DNA of 64,000 nucleotides from Candidatus Cloacimonadales bacterium (GTDB lineage Bacteria; Cloacimonadota; Cloacimonadia; Cloacimonadales; JAIOQZ01). The DNA lies in contig CAXXTU010000002.1 of assembly GCA_963662655.2 (NCBI GenBank), positions 2,560,001-2,624,000 of the forward strand. Direction: 5' to 3'. This document shows, one piece after another, positions 38,130 to 48,457 of this stretch. Below the pieces are notes generated by a model, which was not told the DNA's origin, did not search any database, and worked only from the letters and a program-made list of their open reading frames with translations. The number at the start of each line of letters is the position of its first letter. Within the stretch, counting starts at the first letter, position 1. The translations under genes were made by a program, and so were the position numbers.

Positions 38130-39641
38130 ATGAGTATTGAAAATCCTGAAGAAATCAAAAACCAGGAAGGACAGGAAGAGGTAGCCGAAGAAGCCGCTCA
38201 GATCGAGCAGGTTACTGAAGCCGCTGATGAAAATCAACCAACTGAAGAGGCAGACGAAGAAGATTTCGGCAAAATGCTGGAAGAATCCATGCCCGTTAAC
38301 TATGAAATTCAGGAAGGTGACGAAGTTTCGGGAACGATCGTAAACATCACCGACCTCTACATCTTTGTCACATTGGGTGACAAGCTTGACGCAATCGCCG
38401 AGAAGACAGATTACCTCAACGAAGCTGGTGAACTCTCCTTCAAGATCGGCGACGCTCTCAGTGGTTACATCGTAAAGAAAAGTGATACGGAAACCATTAT
38501 CGCGAAGAGCCTTTCCAAGTCACACGCCTCGAAGACCGTCCTTCTGGACGCGCACGAGCGCAAGATCCCCGTGACCGGAAAAGTTATCAGCATCATCAAG
38601 GGTGGCTTCACTGTCAACCTCCTCGGCGCAAGAGCGTTCTGCCCGGTTTCGCAGATTGATCTCGGCCCGGTTTCCGACACATCAAAATACATCAATCAGG
38701 AATACGAATTCGAAATTACGGAATACAGCGAAAGCGGACGTAACATCATCGTATCCCGCCGTGTTCTTCTTCAGAAAAAACGCGAAGTTTTAAGAAAAGA
38801 AACGCTTGATAATCTTGAAATAGGTAACATCCTCAAGGGTAAAGTTACACGCCTCACCAACTTCGGCGCATTCGTCGATATCGGCGGAATCGAAGGATTG
38901 CTTCACATTTCCGAAATCGCATGGAAACACGTTGAATCTCCTTCCGATCTTCTCAATATCGGTGACGAAATCGACGTGAAAGTCATCCGCCTCAAAGGCA
39001 ATAAGATTTCTCTCAGCATGAAGCAGCTCGATCGCAACCCTGCTGAAATCGCAATGGAAGAGCTCAAGGAAGACGAGATTGTATCCTGCCGCATCGTGAA
39101 GAACGAGACTTTCGGGGCATTCGCAGAGATCAGACCTGGTGTGCAAGGCCTCATTCCGATTTCTGAAATGCGGCGCGGAAGACGTATCGGCCATCCATCC
39201 GAAGTTGTTCAGGAAGGGGACCTCGTTCAGGTCAAGATCCTTCGTATCGATCGCGAGAAACGCAAAATATCGCTTTCTCTCAAAGCGCTCGAAGAGGACC
39301 CATGGGACAGCATCGACCAGTACCTCACCGTTGGTAAAACCGTGCAAGGAACCATCGACGGCGTTTCCGATTTCGGTACGTTCGTTAAGGTTCGCGAAGG
39401 ACTTACCGGCCTGCTTCCGAAATCACGCATGAGACTGGCTGAAATGGCTCATACAAACCAGAATATCGGCGAAACCATCGATGTTCTCGTTCGCCAGATC
39501 GATTATGACAAACGTCGTATCTCTTTCGATCCTACCGATATCCCCGGTGAAGTTCTGGAACGCGAAGGCGACCGCAACTGGCGTGCTTATGCCCGTCAAA
39601 AATGGGACCCGACCGAAGGTAATCCTTTCCAGGATCTGTAA
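38130..39641 (+). CDS. rpsA: Ribosomal protein S1-like protein (about five S1 repeats)
   Basis: Repeated FGAFV...GLLHISE / ISLS.K motifs; may be a paralogue rather than the main S1. Confidence 0.75.
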   Translation: MSIENPEEIKNQEGQEEVAEEAAQIEQVTEAADENQPTEEADEEDFGKMLEESMPVNYEIQEGDEVSGTIVNITDLYIFVTLGDKLDAIAEKTDYLNEAGELSFKIGDALSGYIVKKSDTETIIAKSLSKSHASKTVLLDAHERKIPVTGKVISIIKGGFTVNLLGARAFCPVSQIDLGPVSDTSKYINQEYEFEITEYSESGRNIIVSRRVLLQKKREVLRKETLDNLEIGNILKGKVTRLTNFGAFVDIGGIEGLLHISEIAWKHVESPSDLLNIGDEIDVKVIRLKGNKISLSMKQLDRNPAEIAMEELKEDEIVSCRIVKNETFGAFAEIRPGVQGLIPISEMRRGRRIGHPSEVVQEGDLVQVKILRIDREKRKISLSLKALEEDPWDSIDQYLTVGKTVQGTIDGVSDFGTFVKVREGLTGLLPKSRMRLAEMAHTNQNIGETIDVLVRQIDYDKRRISFDPTDIPGEVLEREGDRNWRAYARQKWDPTEGNPFQDL

Positions 39642-39664
39642 ACCGACAATTATATCTCTTATGC

Positions 39665-39695
39665 AGCCCTTGTCCTGACGGATGAGGGCTTTTTT
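39665..39695 (+). terminator. Intrinsic terminator
   Basis: AGCCCTTGTCC-tgac-GGATGAGGGCT followed by a T-run. Confidence 0.8.
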
Positions 39696-39701
39696 CGTGA
39701 T

Positions 39702-39816
39702 GCACCTTCGCCCGTTCTCCCCTTGCCACGTGGTGTTTCACAGCGTAGCTTCTACATCCATTTCCTTACGGAGCTGTGGTATATCCACGTGGCAAGGGGA
39801 GAACGGGCGAAGGTGC
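39702..39816. repeat. Structured intergenic element family B, copy 1 (32-bp perfect inverted repeat)
   Basis: GCACCTTCGCCCGTTCTCCCCTTGCCACGTGG at 39702-39733 and its exact reverse complement at 39785-39816. Confidence 0.9.
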
Positions 39817-40023
39817 GCACGAATGCCGACGTGGATATACATTCTCTCCCTCCTGTATGAGAAAAACGAAATAAGCTCGATTTTTACAAAGGACCCCGCG
39901 ATGCATTGAAATGCGATTTGCGAAATTCGGACTTCAGTCGATACGAAGTAATGTAATGGCAAATCGCCTTCCAATGCATCGCATGCCCACCCACCCGTAT
40001 TGCGAGCTCATTTCGTGGAAAAG

Positions 40024-40053
40024 AAAACACCCCGGAAAATCCGGGGTGTTTTT
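40024..40053 (-). terminator. Terminator downstream of glnS
   Basis: AAAACACCCCGGA-aaa-TCCGGGGTGTTTT. Confidence 0.8.
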
Positions 40054-40073
40054 GCAATGTATGACTTCGCAGT

Positions 40074-41774
40074 CTACTCGGCAGATTTTGCCAGAATCTT
40101 CGCGAAATTATCTCTCAGAGGCACCGCCCTGTTAATGACAACCTTATCGTCAGTCGTATCGGGATCAACGTAGAAGTATCCCTGGCGCAGGAATTGGAAG
40201 TGCATACCTGGCTTAGCATCCTTGAGTGACGGCTCGCATTTGGCAATCACGACGCTGAGTGAGTCCGGATTAATGATCTCATGGAAGTCACTGAACTCTG
40301 CGGGATTCGGAACGGTGAACAGGTGGTCGTAAAGCCTTATTTCAATATCGGCTGCGTGCATCGCGGAAACCCAATGCGAGGTTCCCTTCACCTTTCTTCC
40401 GTCTTCCGACCATCCACCTTTTGTTGCGGGATCGTAGGTGCAGTGAATTTCGGTGATATTACCGTCATCATCTGCCTCGTACCCGGTACATGTCACATAA
40501 TAGGCGTGTTTGAGGCGAATCTCTTTCCCGGGAGCCAGCCTGAAGAACTTCTTGGGCGGATCAATCATGAAATCTTCCCGCTCGATGTATATCTCACGAC
40601 TGAATGGCACCTTGCGTGATCCGGCTTTCTCGTCCTCGGGATTGTTCTCAGCGTCGAGCCATTCTTCCTGATCCTCGGGGTAGTTCGTGATGATCACTTT
40701 TACCGGATCCAACACTGCCATAACACGCGCGGCCCTTTTGTTGAGGTCCTCGCGGAGGCAGAAGTACAGCAAACTAATGTCGGCGGTACTGTTGCTCTTG
40801 GCGATACCGATGCGATCGCTGAAATCGCGGATCGATTCAGGCGTGAAACCCCTGCGACGCAATCCCGCTATGGTGGGCATGCGGGGATCGTCCCAGCCGT
40901 TCACGATCTTTTCCGTAACCAGCGCGAGAAGCTTGCGCTTGCTCATGATGGTGTAATTGATGTTCAGGCGGGCAAACTCGATCTGTTGCGGATGACTCGG
41001 CACCGGAAGCTGATCGAGAAACCAGTCGTACAACGGACGATGGTCTTCGAACTCGAGCGTGCAAAGCGAGTGGGTAATCTTCTCCAGAGAGTCCGACATA
41101 CAATGCGTGTAGTCGTACATCGGGTAGATACACCATTTGTCACCCGTGCGGTGGTGGTGCGCCCTGCGAATGCGGTATACAACAGGATCGCGCATGTTCA
41201 GGTTCGGAGACGCCATATCGATCTTCGCTCGCAGGGTGAGCGTTCCGTCCTCGTATTTTCCGTCTTTCATCTCCTGGAAGAGTCTCAGGCTCTCCTCGAT
41301 GGGACGGTTGCGGAACGGGCTCTCTTTGCCGGGCTCGGTAAGGGTTCCGCGAAGCTCGCGGATTTGATCGGGCGTAAGCTCATCCACGAACGCCTTTCCG
41401 TCTTTGATGAGCTGAACGGCATATTCGTAGAGCGCGTCGAAGTAGTCCGAAGCGAAATACAGCCTGTCCTCCCAATCGAATCCAAGCCAGCGGATGTCTT
41501 CAATGATCGAATCGACGTATTCCACATCCTCTTTGGTGGGATTGGTATCGTCGAAACGGAGGTTGCAGGTTCCCTTGTAGTCCCGCGCGATACCGAAATT
41601 GAGGCAGATCGATTTCGCGTGACCGATGTGAATGTAACCGTTGGGCTCCGGCGGGAAACGGGTCGCAACGCGATCACCGTTCTTGCCGGTCTCCAAGTCG
41701 GTATCTATGATGTTCCGAATGAAATTCGATTTCGATTCATCAGTTGTTTCCATATTGTTGGAGTCTTCGTTCAT
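40074..41774 (-). CDS. glnS: Glutamine--tRNA ligase
   Basis: [35 protein letters not shown]. Confidence 0.96.
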   Translation of the reverse strand: MNEDSNNMETTDESKSNFIRNIIDTDLETGKNGDRVATRFPPEPNGYIHIGHAKSICLNFGIARDYKGTCNLRFDDTNPTKEDVEYVDSIIEDIRWLGFDWEDRLYFASDYFDALYEYAVQLIKDGKAFVDELTPDQIRELRGTLTEPGKESPFRNRPIEESLRLFQEMKDGKYEDGTLTLRAKIDMASPNLNMRDPVVYRIRRAHHHRTGDKWCIYPMYDYTHCMSDSLEKITHSLCTLEFEDHRPLYDWFLDQLPVPSHPQQIEFARLNINYTIMSKRKLLALVTEKIVNGWDDPRMPTIAGLRRRGFTPESIRDFSDRIGIAKSNSTADISLLYFCLREDLNKRAARVMAVLDPVKVIITNYPEDQEEWLDAENNPEDEKAGSRKVPFSREIYIEREDFMIDPPKKFFRLAPGKEIRLKHAYYVTCTGYEADDDGNITEIHCTYDPATKGGWSEDGRKVKGTSHWVSAMHAADIEIRLYDHLFTVPNPAEFSDFHEIINPDSLSVVIAKCEPSLKDAKPGMHFQFLRQGYFYVDPDTTDDKVVINRAVPLRDNFAKILAKSAE

Positions 41775-41780
41775 GGTACC

Positions 41781-42635
41781 TCACCAGGGAAATTTTTCAT
41801 CGATTCTGACCGATTTCACGTCCATATCGTGCGCCAAAAACAGCGGACCGTTCTTCGGCCTGAGTTCGTCCAGAATCATGCGTTTAAATCGGAAAGAGCG
41901 CGTCCTGTCAACCTCGTATGCCGAAGTTACGGACGGACGCAGATGCTCTTTATGCGGGAAGATATCGCCGCCGTAGTAAGCGAGTTCCCCTTCGCTCTCG
42001 ATTCGCACGACCTGAAATCCGTTGGAGTGTCCTCCGGCCAGAATCAGGCGAATCTCAGGCGTAAGGTTCACATCGCCGTTGACGAGCTGATATTTACCGC
42101 TTGTCTCCAGCAGCCCAAGCTGATGATCGAACTGGTAGGCTGATTCATTGAGTTCGTCAGGGTGTTTCGCCGTGCTCCATTCGATCTCCTGGATGTAGTG
42201 AATGGCATTGGGGAAGGTCAGCTCGTCACCGTTGCCAAAATCACTTACTACGCCTCCTGCATGATCGAAATGCAGATGAGTCAATATCACACCATCGATA
42301 TCCTCTCGCCTGTAGCCGACTCTCGCGAGGTTATCGATCAATGTGAATTCGGATGGCCGATATATCTTTTTCTCTTTTTCGCTGATGCGGTTCCCAAGTC
42401 CGGTATCGATCAGGAAAACCCTGCTGCCGGTATCAATAATCAGCAAGCTGAAATCCATCTGAATGCGGTGCTTCTCATCGATCGGGACCGTTCTCTCCCA
42501 GATCGCGCGCGGGAAAATTCCCATCGCAGCGCCGCCGTCCGACCAGAAATTACCTGCTGTTATCTTCTTGAGTTTTAGGCTTCCGAGTTCTTCGTGGCCT
42601 GCGTCTCCTCGGTTTTCCATCTTGATTTTCTTCAT
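41781..42635 (-). CDS. MBL-fold metallo-hydrolase (YtnP-like)
   Basis: DGGA.MG, LIDTGLG, THLHFDHAGG, GHS. Confidence 0.88.
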   Translation of the reverse strand: MKKIKMENRGDAGHEELGSLKLKKITAGNFWSDGGAAMGIFPRAIWERTVPIDEKHRIQMDFSLLIIDTGSRVFLIDTGLGNRISEKEKKIYRPSEFTLIDNLARVGYRREDIDGVILTHLHFDHAGGVVSDFGNGDELTFPNAIHYIQEIEWSTAKHPDELNESAYQFDHQLGLLETSGKYQLVNGDVNLTPEIRLILAGGHSNGFQVVRIESEGELAYYGGDIFPHKEHLRPSVTSAYEVDRTRSFRFKRMILDELRPKNGPLFLAHDMDVKSVRIDEKFPW

Positions 42636-43302
42636 TTCTCCTGTTTTCCTTTGGAGATGAATCAGTTACGGCCTTCTCGCCGCTATCCGGCATTACAACG
42701 ACCCTCTTCTTCTCGCCCTGGCCTATCGTCATCGTACGTAAGTCGTTATCTTTCTCGATCAACCGATGTACCACTTTTCTGTCAGCGGCACGCATCGGAT
42801 CGAAGGTGAAGCTCTTCTTGCGTTGTTTCACCTTGTCGGCCACGTCGCGGATTTTTCCGATCAACTGTTTCTCGTGATTCCCTCGGTAGCCTTCGCAATC
42901 CACCACAACCTGCACATCGTTGATGCCCTGGTTGAGAAGCATGCGATTCACCAGATGCTGGATGCTGTTCAGGAGACGTCCATCCTTGCCGATGACGAAT
43001 CCCTTCTCCTTCACACCGACAAGATCGATATAGATCGTGTCGTTCTTCTTCTCGGAAGTCACTTGCTGATATTCCACGTCCATGTGCTTCAGGAGACCCT
43101 CGATGAAGATACGGACATCGCCATTGCCTTGTTGCAAGTTGAAATTGATCACGACAGGTTTCGCGCCGAAAAGGTTGAAAAAGCCGTTCGATCCCTTGTC
43201 TACAATGTCGTATGTGAATTGATTGCGTTTTAAGTTGAATTCCTTCATGAAGCCGGTTACGACTTCGAATTCCGATTTACCTTCTCGTTTGATTATTTTC
43301 AT
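42550..43302 (-). CDS. jag: RNA-binding protein Jag/KhpB (Jag_N-KH-R3H)
   Basis: VIGKDGRLLNSIQ, PMRAADRKVVH; follows yidC. Confidence 0.9.
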   Translation of the reverse strand: MKIIKREGKSEFEVVTGFMKEFNLKRNQFTYDIVDKGSNGFFNLFGAKPVVINFNLQQGNGDVRIFIEGLLKHMDVEYQQVTSEKKNDTIYIDLVGVKEKGFVIGKDGRLLNSIQHLVNRMLLNQGINDVQVVVDCEGYRGNHEKQLIGKIRDVADKVKQRKKSFTFDPMRAADRKVVHRLIEKDNDLRTMTIGQGEKKRVVVMPDSGEKAVTDSSPKENRRNEENQDGKPRRRRPRRTRKPKTQEDNSR

Positions 43303-43344
43303 TGTAAAAAACCTCGGTTAAAATTACATATCCGTTGATGGAAG

Positions 43345-44985
43345 CTACTTACTGCGCTTCCGCATGATGTACATCTGAATGATCGAAAAGATATTGAAGA
43401 TCATCCAGTACAGAACGAGTCCAGACGATAAACCGCTGAATATCCAAACCATCATCACCGGCATCATATATAACATCATCTTTTGTGTTTGCGCCGCCGC
43501 TTTCTGCTGATCGTCCATGTTGTCAGAAACCGGTGGAGGAGTCATCATCTTCTGCTGAACGAACATGAAAACGCCCATCAGTACGGGAAGAATGTAGTAC
43601 GGATCCGGCGCGGAAAGGTCCTTCAGCCAGAACATGAAATGGGCCTGGCGAAGCTCGACCGAATAACGCAACGCTGGATAGAGCGCGAAGAAGATCGGCA
43701 TCTGAAGAAGCAGCGGCAAGCACCCGCCCAGGGGGCTCACACCGTGCTCCTTGTAGAGCTTCTGCATCTCTGCGTTCATCTGCTTGGGATCGCCTTTGTA
43801 CTTCTGCTTGAGCTCCTGCATCATGGGCTGAACCTTCTGCATCTTCTGTCCGGATTCCAGACTCTTGTGGGTCAGCGGGTAAACCACGACCTTGATGATG
43901 AAGGCGAAGATAATGATATCGACACCGTAGTTCGGAATCATCTTGTAGAGCTGCCCAAGCAGCCACAGGAAGAACTTGCTGAGGAACTGGAGCCACTTCG
44001 ATCCGATTTCGGCGAAATTCTCCAGACCGCTGCCGAATTCGTCTTCGAGCATCTTCGCGTTCAGCGGCCCTATGAAGATCGAGTAGTGGTGGTTGATCTC
44101 CCAGGTGTGGCTTGCATTGTCTACGTGCAAGGACATCGCGGGGCTATCGTCGACATCGTTGCCATGAAGCTGATTGACCTTCACGAGGCTGCTCGGGATC
44201 ACGGCGATACCGAAATACTTGGTCCGGACGCCGGCCCAATCGACCATGCCGTTGAGTGTTTGCGGCTCTTTTTGCAGCTTGGAGAGCGTTAGCTTCTCCA
44301 GGTCGTTGTCGATCTGCGCGACGATCTTATAGTCGGTTTTCTTGTGCTTTACGTACTCTTCCGTATCGCGGAGGCCGGATTCGAGCGCGATGCTGTAATC
44401 CTCGATATCCCTGCCCGTATTGACGATGAAATCCATTTCGAGACGGTAGTCCTTCGTCAGGACGAATCGCTTCTCGACCAGTCTCTTGCCGTTGTCGTCC
44501 GCAAGATAGAAAACGATGCCCGGTTTCCCTTCTTCGTTCAGCTTCTCATACTGGAAAAACATGTCGGAGACATCCACGTCTCCCACGCCGGTTTCGACGG
44601 GAAAACCCTCGAATTCCAGAACGCGGCGATCTTCTGGAATGAGTTGAACCGGCTTTGTCTTGTCGATCGATGAAAATTCCTTCAAGACGACCTTTGTGAT
44701 GCTTGCGCCCATGGTTGAAAACGTGAGGGCCAGCTTGTCATCTTCAAGCGTAATCAGCTCTTCTTCGATGGAGGCGTCCACCGAAAGGCTTGCCGGGGCG
44801 TTGCCTTTTAATGAAAGGGAGTCCGGCTTACTTAGCGTTGCGTCTTGAGATGTTGATACGGATTGCTCGGTGACAAGTTGTTGCTCGGGTAGCTCGGATG
44901 TTTTTTTGGGCGCCCAGATGAATTGGCTGAAAAACCAATATACGATGAAAATCAGTACGATAGCGATTACTGTTCGCTTATCCAA
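43345..44985 (-). CDS. yidC: Membrane protein insertase YidC
   Basis: GCLPLLLQMPIFFALY, WLKDLSAPDP, SGLVLYW. Confidence 0.96.
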   Translation of the reverse strand: MDKRTVIAIVLIFIVYWFFSQFIWAPKKTSELPEQQLVTEQSVSTSQDATLSKPDSLSLKGNAPASLSVDASIEEELITLEDDKLALTFSTMGASITKVVLKEFSSIDKTKPVQLIPEDRRVLEFEGFPVETGVGDVDVSDMFFQYEKLNEEGKPGIVFYLADDNGKRLVEKRFVLTKDYRLEMDFIVNTGRDIEDYSIALESGLRDTEEYVKHKKTDYKIVAQIDNDLEKLTLSKLQKEPQTLNGMVDWAGVRTKYFGIAVIPSSLVKVNQLHGNDVDDSPAMSLHVDNASHTWEINHHYSIFIGPLNAKMLEDEFGSGLENFAEIGSKWLQFLSKFFLWLLGQLYKMIPNYGVDIIIFAFIIKVVVYPLTHKSLESGQKMQKVQPMMQELKQKYKGDPKQMNAEMQKLYKEHGVSPLGGCLPLLLQMPIFFALYPALRYSVELRQAHFMFWLKDLSAPDPYYILPVLMGVFMFVQQKMMTPPPVSDNMDDQQKAAAQTQKMMLYMMPVMMVWIFSGLSSGLVLYWMIFNIFSIIQMYIMRKRSK

Positions 44986-44997
44986 AGTTCCTCCTGA

Positions 44998-45216
44998 TCA
45001 TGGCAGAGGGTCGTGCCCTCCTGGATGAAACGGATGACACTTGAGTATCCGTTTTATAGACAGGAGCAATGCCTTCGGAAACGGGTATTTCTGAAATGCT
45101 TGCATAGCATAGACGCTGCAGGTTGGCGTAAAACGGCACGACGGAGGAAGATACGGAGAGATCAGCTTGCGATACGCGGTGATCGCCAATAGAGCGAACC
45201 GATTGAACAATCGCAT
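44998..45216 (-). CDS. yidD: Membrane protein insertion efficiency factor YidD
   Basis: [23 protein letters not shown]. Confidence 0.93.
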   Translation of the reverse strand: MRLFNRFALLAITAYRKLISPYLPPSCRFTPTCSVYAMQAFQKYPFPKALLLSIKRILKCHPFHPGGHDPLP

Positions 45217-45220
45217 AATG

Positions 45221-45562
45221 CTATTCTCTGCCTGCGGGAACGGATTCAAGACGAGAAAAAAAACTCTTCAGGACGGACGAGAATTCATCCCAGTCCAGTT
45301 CGGCTGCGCCAATGCGCGCGATGATGAGAACTTTCAAAGGCATTTCCCAGTATTGCCTGTGTTCCCGTAAAAAAGCCCTGATCCTCCGTTTGACTTTGTT
45401 GCGCTTTACTGCCTTCCCGACCCTTTTACCTGCAACGATCCCGACATAGAGGTGCGGCGCGGTCCCGTTGTAAACAAGAAAAGTGAACCGTTTTCCGGGT
45501 AACCGCCGATGGTCGGAGTAAACCTCATTAAAATCATTCCGTTTCCGAATCACTCCATACAT
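45221..45562 (-). CDS. rnpA: Ribonuclease P protein component
   Basis: [17 protein letters not shown]. Confidence 0.92.
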   Translation of the reverse strand: MYGVIRKRNDFNEVYSDHRRLPGKRFTFLVYNGTAPHLYVGIVAGKRVGKAVKRNKVKRRIRAFLREHRQYWEMPLKVLIIARIGAAELDWDEFSSVLKSFFSRLESVPAGRE

Positions 45563-45571
45563 TCAAAGTCA

Positions 45572-45706
45572 TTAGACAGTAAGTCTTTTGCGGCCTTTAA
45601 GCCTGCGCGCGGCGAGAACTTTACGTCCGCCCTTGGTTGCCATACGGGCACGAAAACCATGAACACGTTTTCTTCTCGTGTTATGTGGCTGATACGTTCT
45701 TTTCAT
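45572..45706 (-). CDS. rpmH: 50S ribosomal protein L34 (absent from the ORF track)
   Basis: Manual translation [44 protein letters not shown]. Confidence 0.98.
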   Translation of the reverse strand: MKRTYQPHNTRRKRVHGFRARMATKGGRKVLAARRLKGRKRLTV

Positions 45707-45958
45707 TCTAAAATCTCCTTCAAAATTCGCTTCCGGTTCACTTTATACACATATCTCTGTGTCGAGTTTGAAAAAAATTACAGCCGCTTTTGTGTCAAGC
45801 ATTTAATCGCGAAATCCATTGTTTGTGTCTTGATGATTCACCTGTGCATTCTCATCGTAAGTTGCGCTTGCATCGTAAGAACTGTTTTATTCTTGACACA
45901 TAATGAATTATCTTCATGAATATTTTTCGGTTACCCAACCTATTCCAAGGGAGGTTCT

Positions 45959-48262
45959 ATGCGCTTGATATTTTGCTTTCTTTTCATCGTTTCAATTGTA
46001 GCTATGTCGGCGGAAATCCTGATCGACGAGGATTTCTCAGAAGGAACGCTTCCAGACGGTTGGCAGACTGTCGGCGCTAATGCCGGAGCAAATTGGTCGT
46101 TTCCCACTACGAATATAGCCGGCGGAGCAAATGGTGAAGCTTTTGCGAGTCAGGATCCGGACTTCAGCGCGGATTTGATCATGAAAAGCAATTTTGTTCC
46201 CAATGTCGATACACCGGCTTTCACGTTGAGCTTCCGGCAATTCTACGATGCGTATGGGAGTGATCTTTGGACTGCCGAAGTCAGCGTCGTCCTGATGAGC
46301 GAATCGGCGCAGATGTACACGGTCTGGAGCAATGAAGATGACCTGATAAGCGATTATGGCCCGATGCTGAATTCATGCAGCTTCGCTCATCCCTTCCCGG
46401 AAGCCGATTCACTGATGGTACGCTTCATCGTGGGGAGAGCTACCCACAGCATTGCCATGTTTCATGGGTGTGCTGTCGACGATGTATTGCTGGAAACATC
46501 AACCGATGTTTCCGGAACCATCACATCCAGCATGAGCCCGTGGTCAATCGATACGAACCTTACCATACCCGAAGGCATGACACTGACCATCGAGCCGGGG
46601 GTTGAAATCCGGTTTGCTCCCAGCGTGAACCTGACCGTAAACGGGCACTTGCAAATCAATGGAACCGAAGCGGAGCCCGTAACGTTCACAGCCGTAGAAA
46701 CCCTGCTTGCCAGCATGCTGGATGTAACGGGAACGGCAACGATCAACAGTCTGGTAGTAACCGATGTTCAGAGCAATGCGCAAGGCAGTGTTTTCAACGT
46801 GGAAAGCTCAAGTTCGTTCGTCTTGACAGGGTGCCGGTTCGATCGATGCGAGAGCCAGGGATCGGGTGGCGTGATGTACCTGGATAACTGCGATGTAACG
46901 ATATCGGGCTGTCAGTTTTCCAATTGTAATGCTGCTGAGCATGGAGGCGGGATATGCGCGATCTCCAGCACATTATCGATCGTTGATACTGATTTCAGCA
47001 CGTGCACTGCCGAGAATGGATCAGGTGGCGTCCTTATTGTTTTTGACTGCACGATCGAGATGTCGCGGGTCGAGGCAGTCGGGAATGAATCCACATCAGC
47101 AGGCGCTACTTTGTATGCTACGTACTCATCGGGCACCCTGGATCGTGTGCTGATTGCTGAAAGCGGTTATGGAAACGACTACTCGGTTGTTCAGATCAGC
47201 ACTGGCAGTTCATTTGTCATTAAGCGATGTACATTTACAGAATGCCGTGAAAACGGATACGGAATACTCGGGTTTTATGAAAGCAGTAACGCCGTTGTCA
47301 ATAGCTGCATTTTCTGGAACAACTTTGGAGATAACATCGACTTACATTCACCGGACAGCAGTGTGGAAGTGAAATATTGCGATATCGAAGGTGGTCAAAG
47401 CAGCGTGCAGCAAGGCGGAACCCTCACATGGGGAGAAGGCAACATCAATGCGGACCCCCTGTTCCTTTCTCCTGAAGCCGGTGATTACAACCTTGGCAGG
47501 CTTTCTCCCGCGTTGAACATGGGCGATCCATCATTATCGCTCGATCCGGATGGTTCGTATGTCGAGATGGGATGCTACCATGCATCGTATCTATGTCCCC
47601 TAATCGACTCGGTAGCAGATGTTCCCGGAGACCAGGGGCGACAGGTCTATGTGCACTGGATTCGGAGCTCCTGCGGCGTTACCTACAACCCAGACTACAG
47701 CTACTCGGTGTGGCGCAAGGATACGATGCCCGGCAGGAATGCAATGATCATTCATTCTCCCTCCGGGTTGCCGAAAGTGATCGAACAGCCGATCGTCCTG
47801 ATGCGCGATACGGAAGTATGGGTGTTCATCGCGCAAGTTCCATGCATGGGATTTGACACGTATACTATCGTCGCTCCGACATTAATGGATTCTTCCTCCT
47901 CGGGCCTGAACGAATCCACATTCATGGCCTATTGCCATACCGATACCGATATTCATCCCAGCGAACCCTCGAGCGGCTACTCCACCGACAATATCGCCCC
48001 TGATTCGCCGCGCGGGATTTCCATTACTACGGCTGGAACCGCTGTGCAGATACAGTGGGACGAAGTCACGACGGGGTCTTTCGAAGGCAATGCGTATCAA
48101 GAGTTGAACGGCGTGTGGTACAATATCTTTGCGGGGAATAATCCTGATTTCACCTGCGATCAGGAGCACTATCTTGCTACGACGCGGCATCCGTGGCTAC
48201 TGCAATCAAGTGGCAGTGAGCCGATGAAGTACTACAAGGTTGTGGCCAGTGATCAGGAGTAG
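45959..48262 (+). CDS. Secreted modular protein with right-handed beta-helix repeats
   Basis: Signal peptide; GG(V/I)-type repeats, NSCIFWNN, YCDIEGG, GNINADPLF, DPDGS..MG. Confidence 0.75.
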   Translation: MRLIFCFLFIVSIVAMSAEILIDEDFSEGTLPDGWQTVGANAGANWSFPTTNIAGGANGEAFASQDPDFSADLIMKSNFVPNVDTPAFTLSFRQFYDAYGSDLWTAEVSVVLMSESAQMYTVWSNEDDLISDYGPMLNSCSFAHPFPEADSLMVRFIVGRATHSIAMFHGCAVDDVLLETSTDVSGTITSSMSPWSIDTNLTIPEGMTLTIEPGVEIRFAPSVNLTVNGHLQINGTEAEPVTFTAVETLLASMLDVTGTATINSLVVTDVQSNAQGSVFNVESSSSFVLTGCRFDRCESQGSGGVMYLDNCDVTISGCQFSNCNAAEHGGGICAISSTLSIVDTDFSTCTAENGSGGVLIVFDCTIEMSRVEAVGNESTSAGATLYATYSSGTLDRVLIAESGYGNDYSVVQISTGSSFVIKRCTFTECRENGYGILGFYESSNAVVNSCIFWNNFGDNIDLHSPDSSVEVKYCDIEGGQSSVQQGGTLTWGEGNINADPLFLSPEAGDYNLGRLSPALNMGDPSLSLDPDGSYVEMGCYHASYLCPLIDSVADVPGDQGRQVYVHWIRSSCGVTYNPDYSYSVWRKDTMPGRNAMIIHSPSGLPKVIEQPIVLMRDTEVWVFIAQVPCMGFDTYTIVAPTLMDSSSSGLNESTFMAYCHTDTDIHPSEPSSGYSTDNIAPDSPRGISITTAGTAVQIQWDEVTTGSFEGNAYQELNGVWYNIFAGNNPDFTCDQEHYLATTRHPWLLQSSGSEPMKYYKVVASDQE

Positions 48263-48457
48263 GATTAACAGTCACTGAATAAACTCTTTGGCAAAGCAAA
48301 GAAACGTGGCAACGTGTCCTCGTTTCCTGTCCAACCACATTCAACTGTTGGATCGCGGTGAAGACGCAGTGAGATTATCGTCAGGGAGACAAAATTACTG
48401 GACAAGCGCTACTTTTTATCCAAAAAAGGCGAGACATCAGATGATTGGAGATTCGAC

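Noticed and set aside
45707..45958. Replication origin upstream of rpmH
   Set aside because: Only one DnaA-box-like 9-mer, no box cluster and no dnaA in the window.
48281..48400. c-di-GMP riboswitch upstream of the nuclease (GGCAAA...GAAA)
   Set aside because: I could not build the P1/P2 stems or the GACGCAAA segment.
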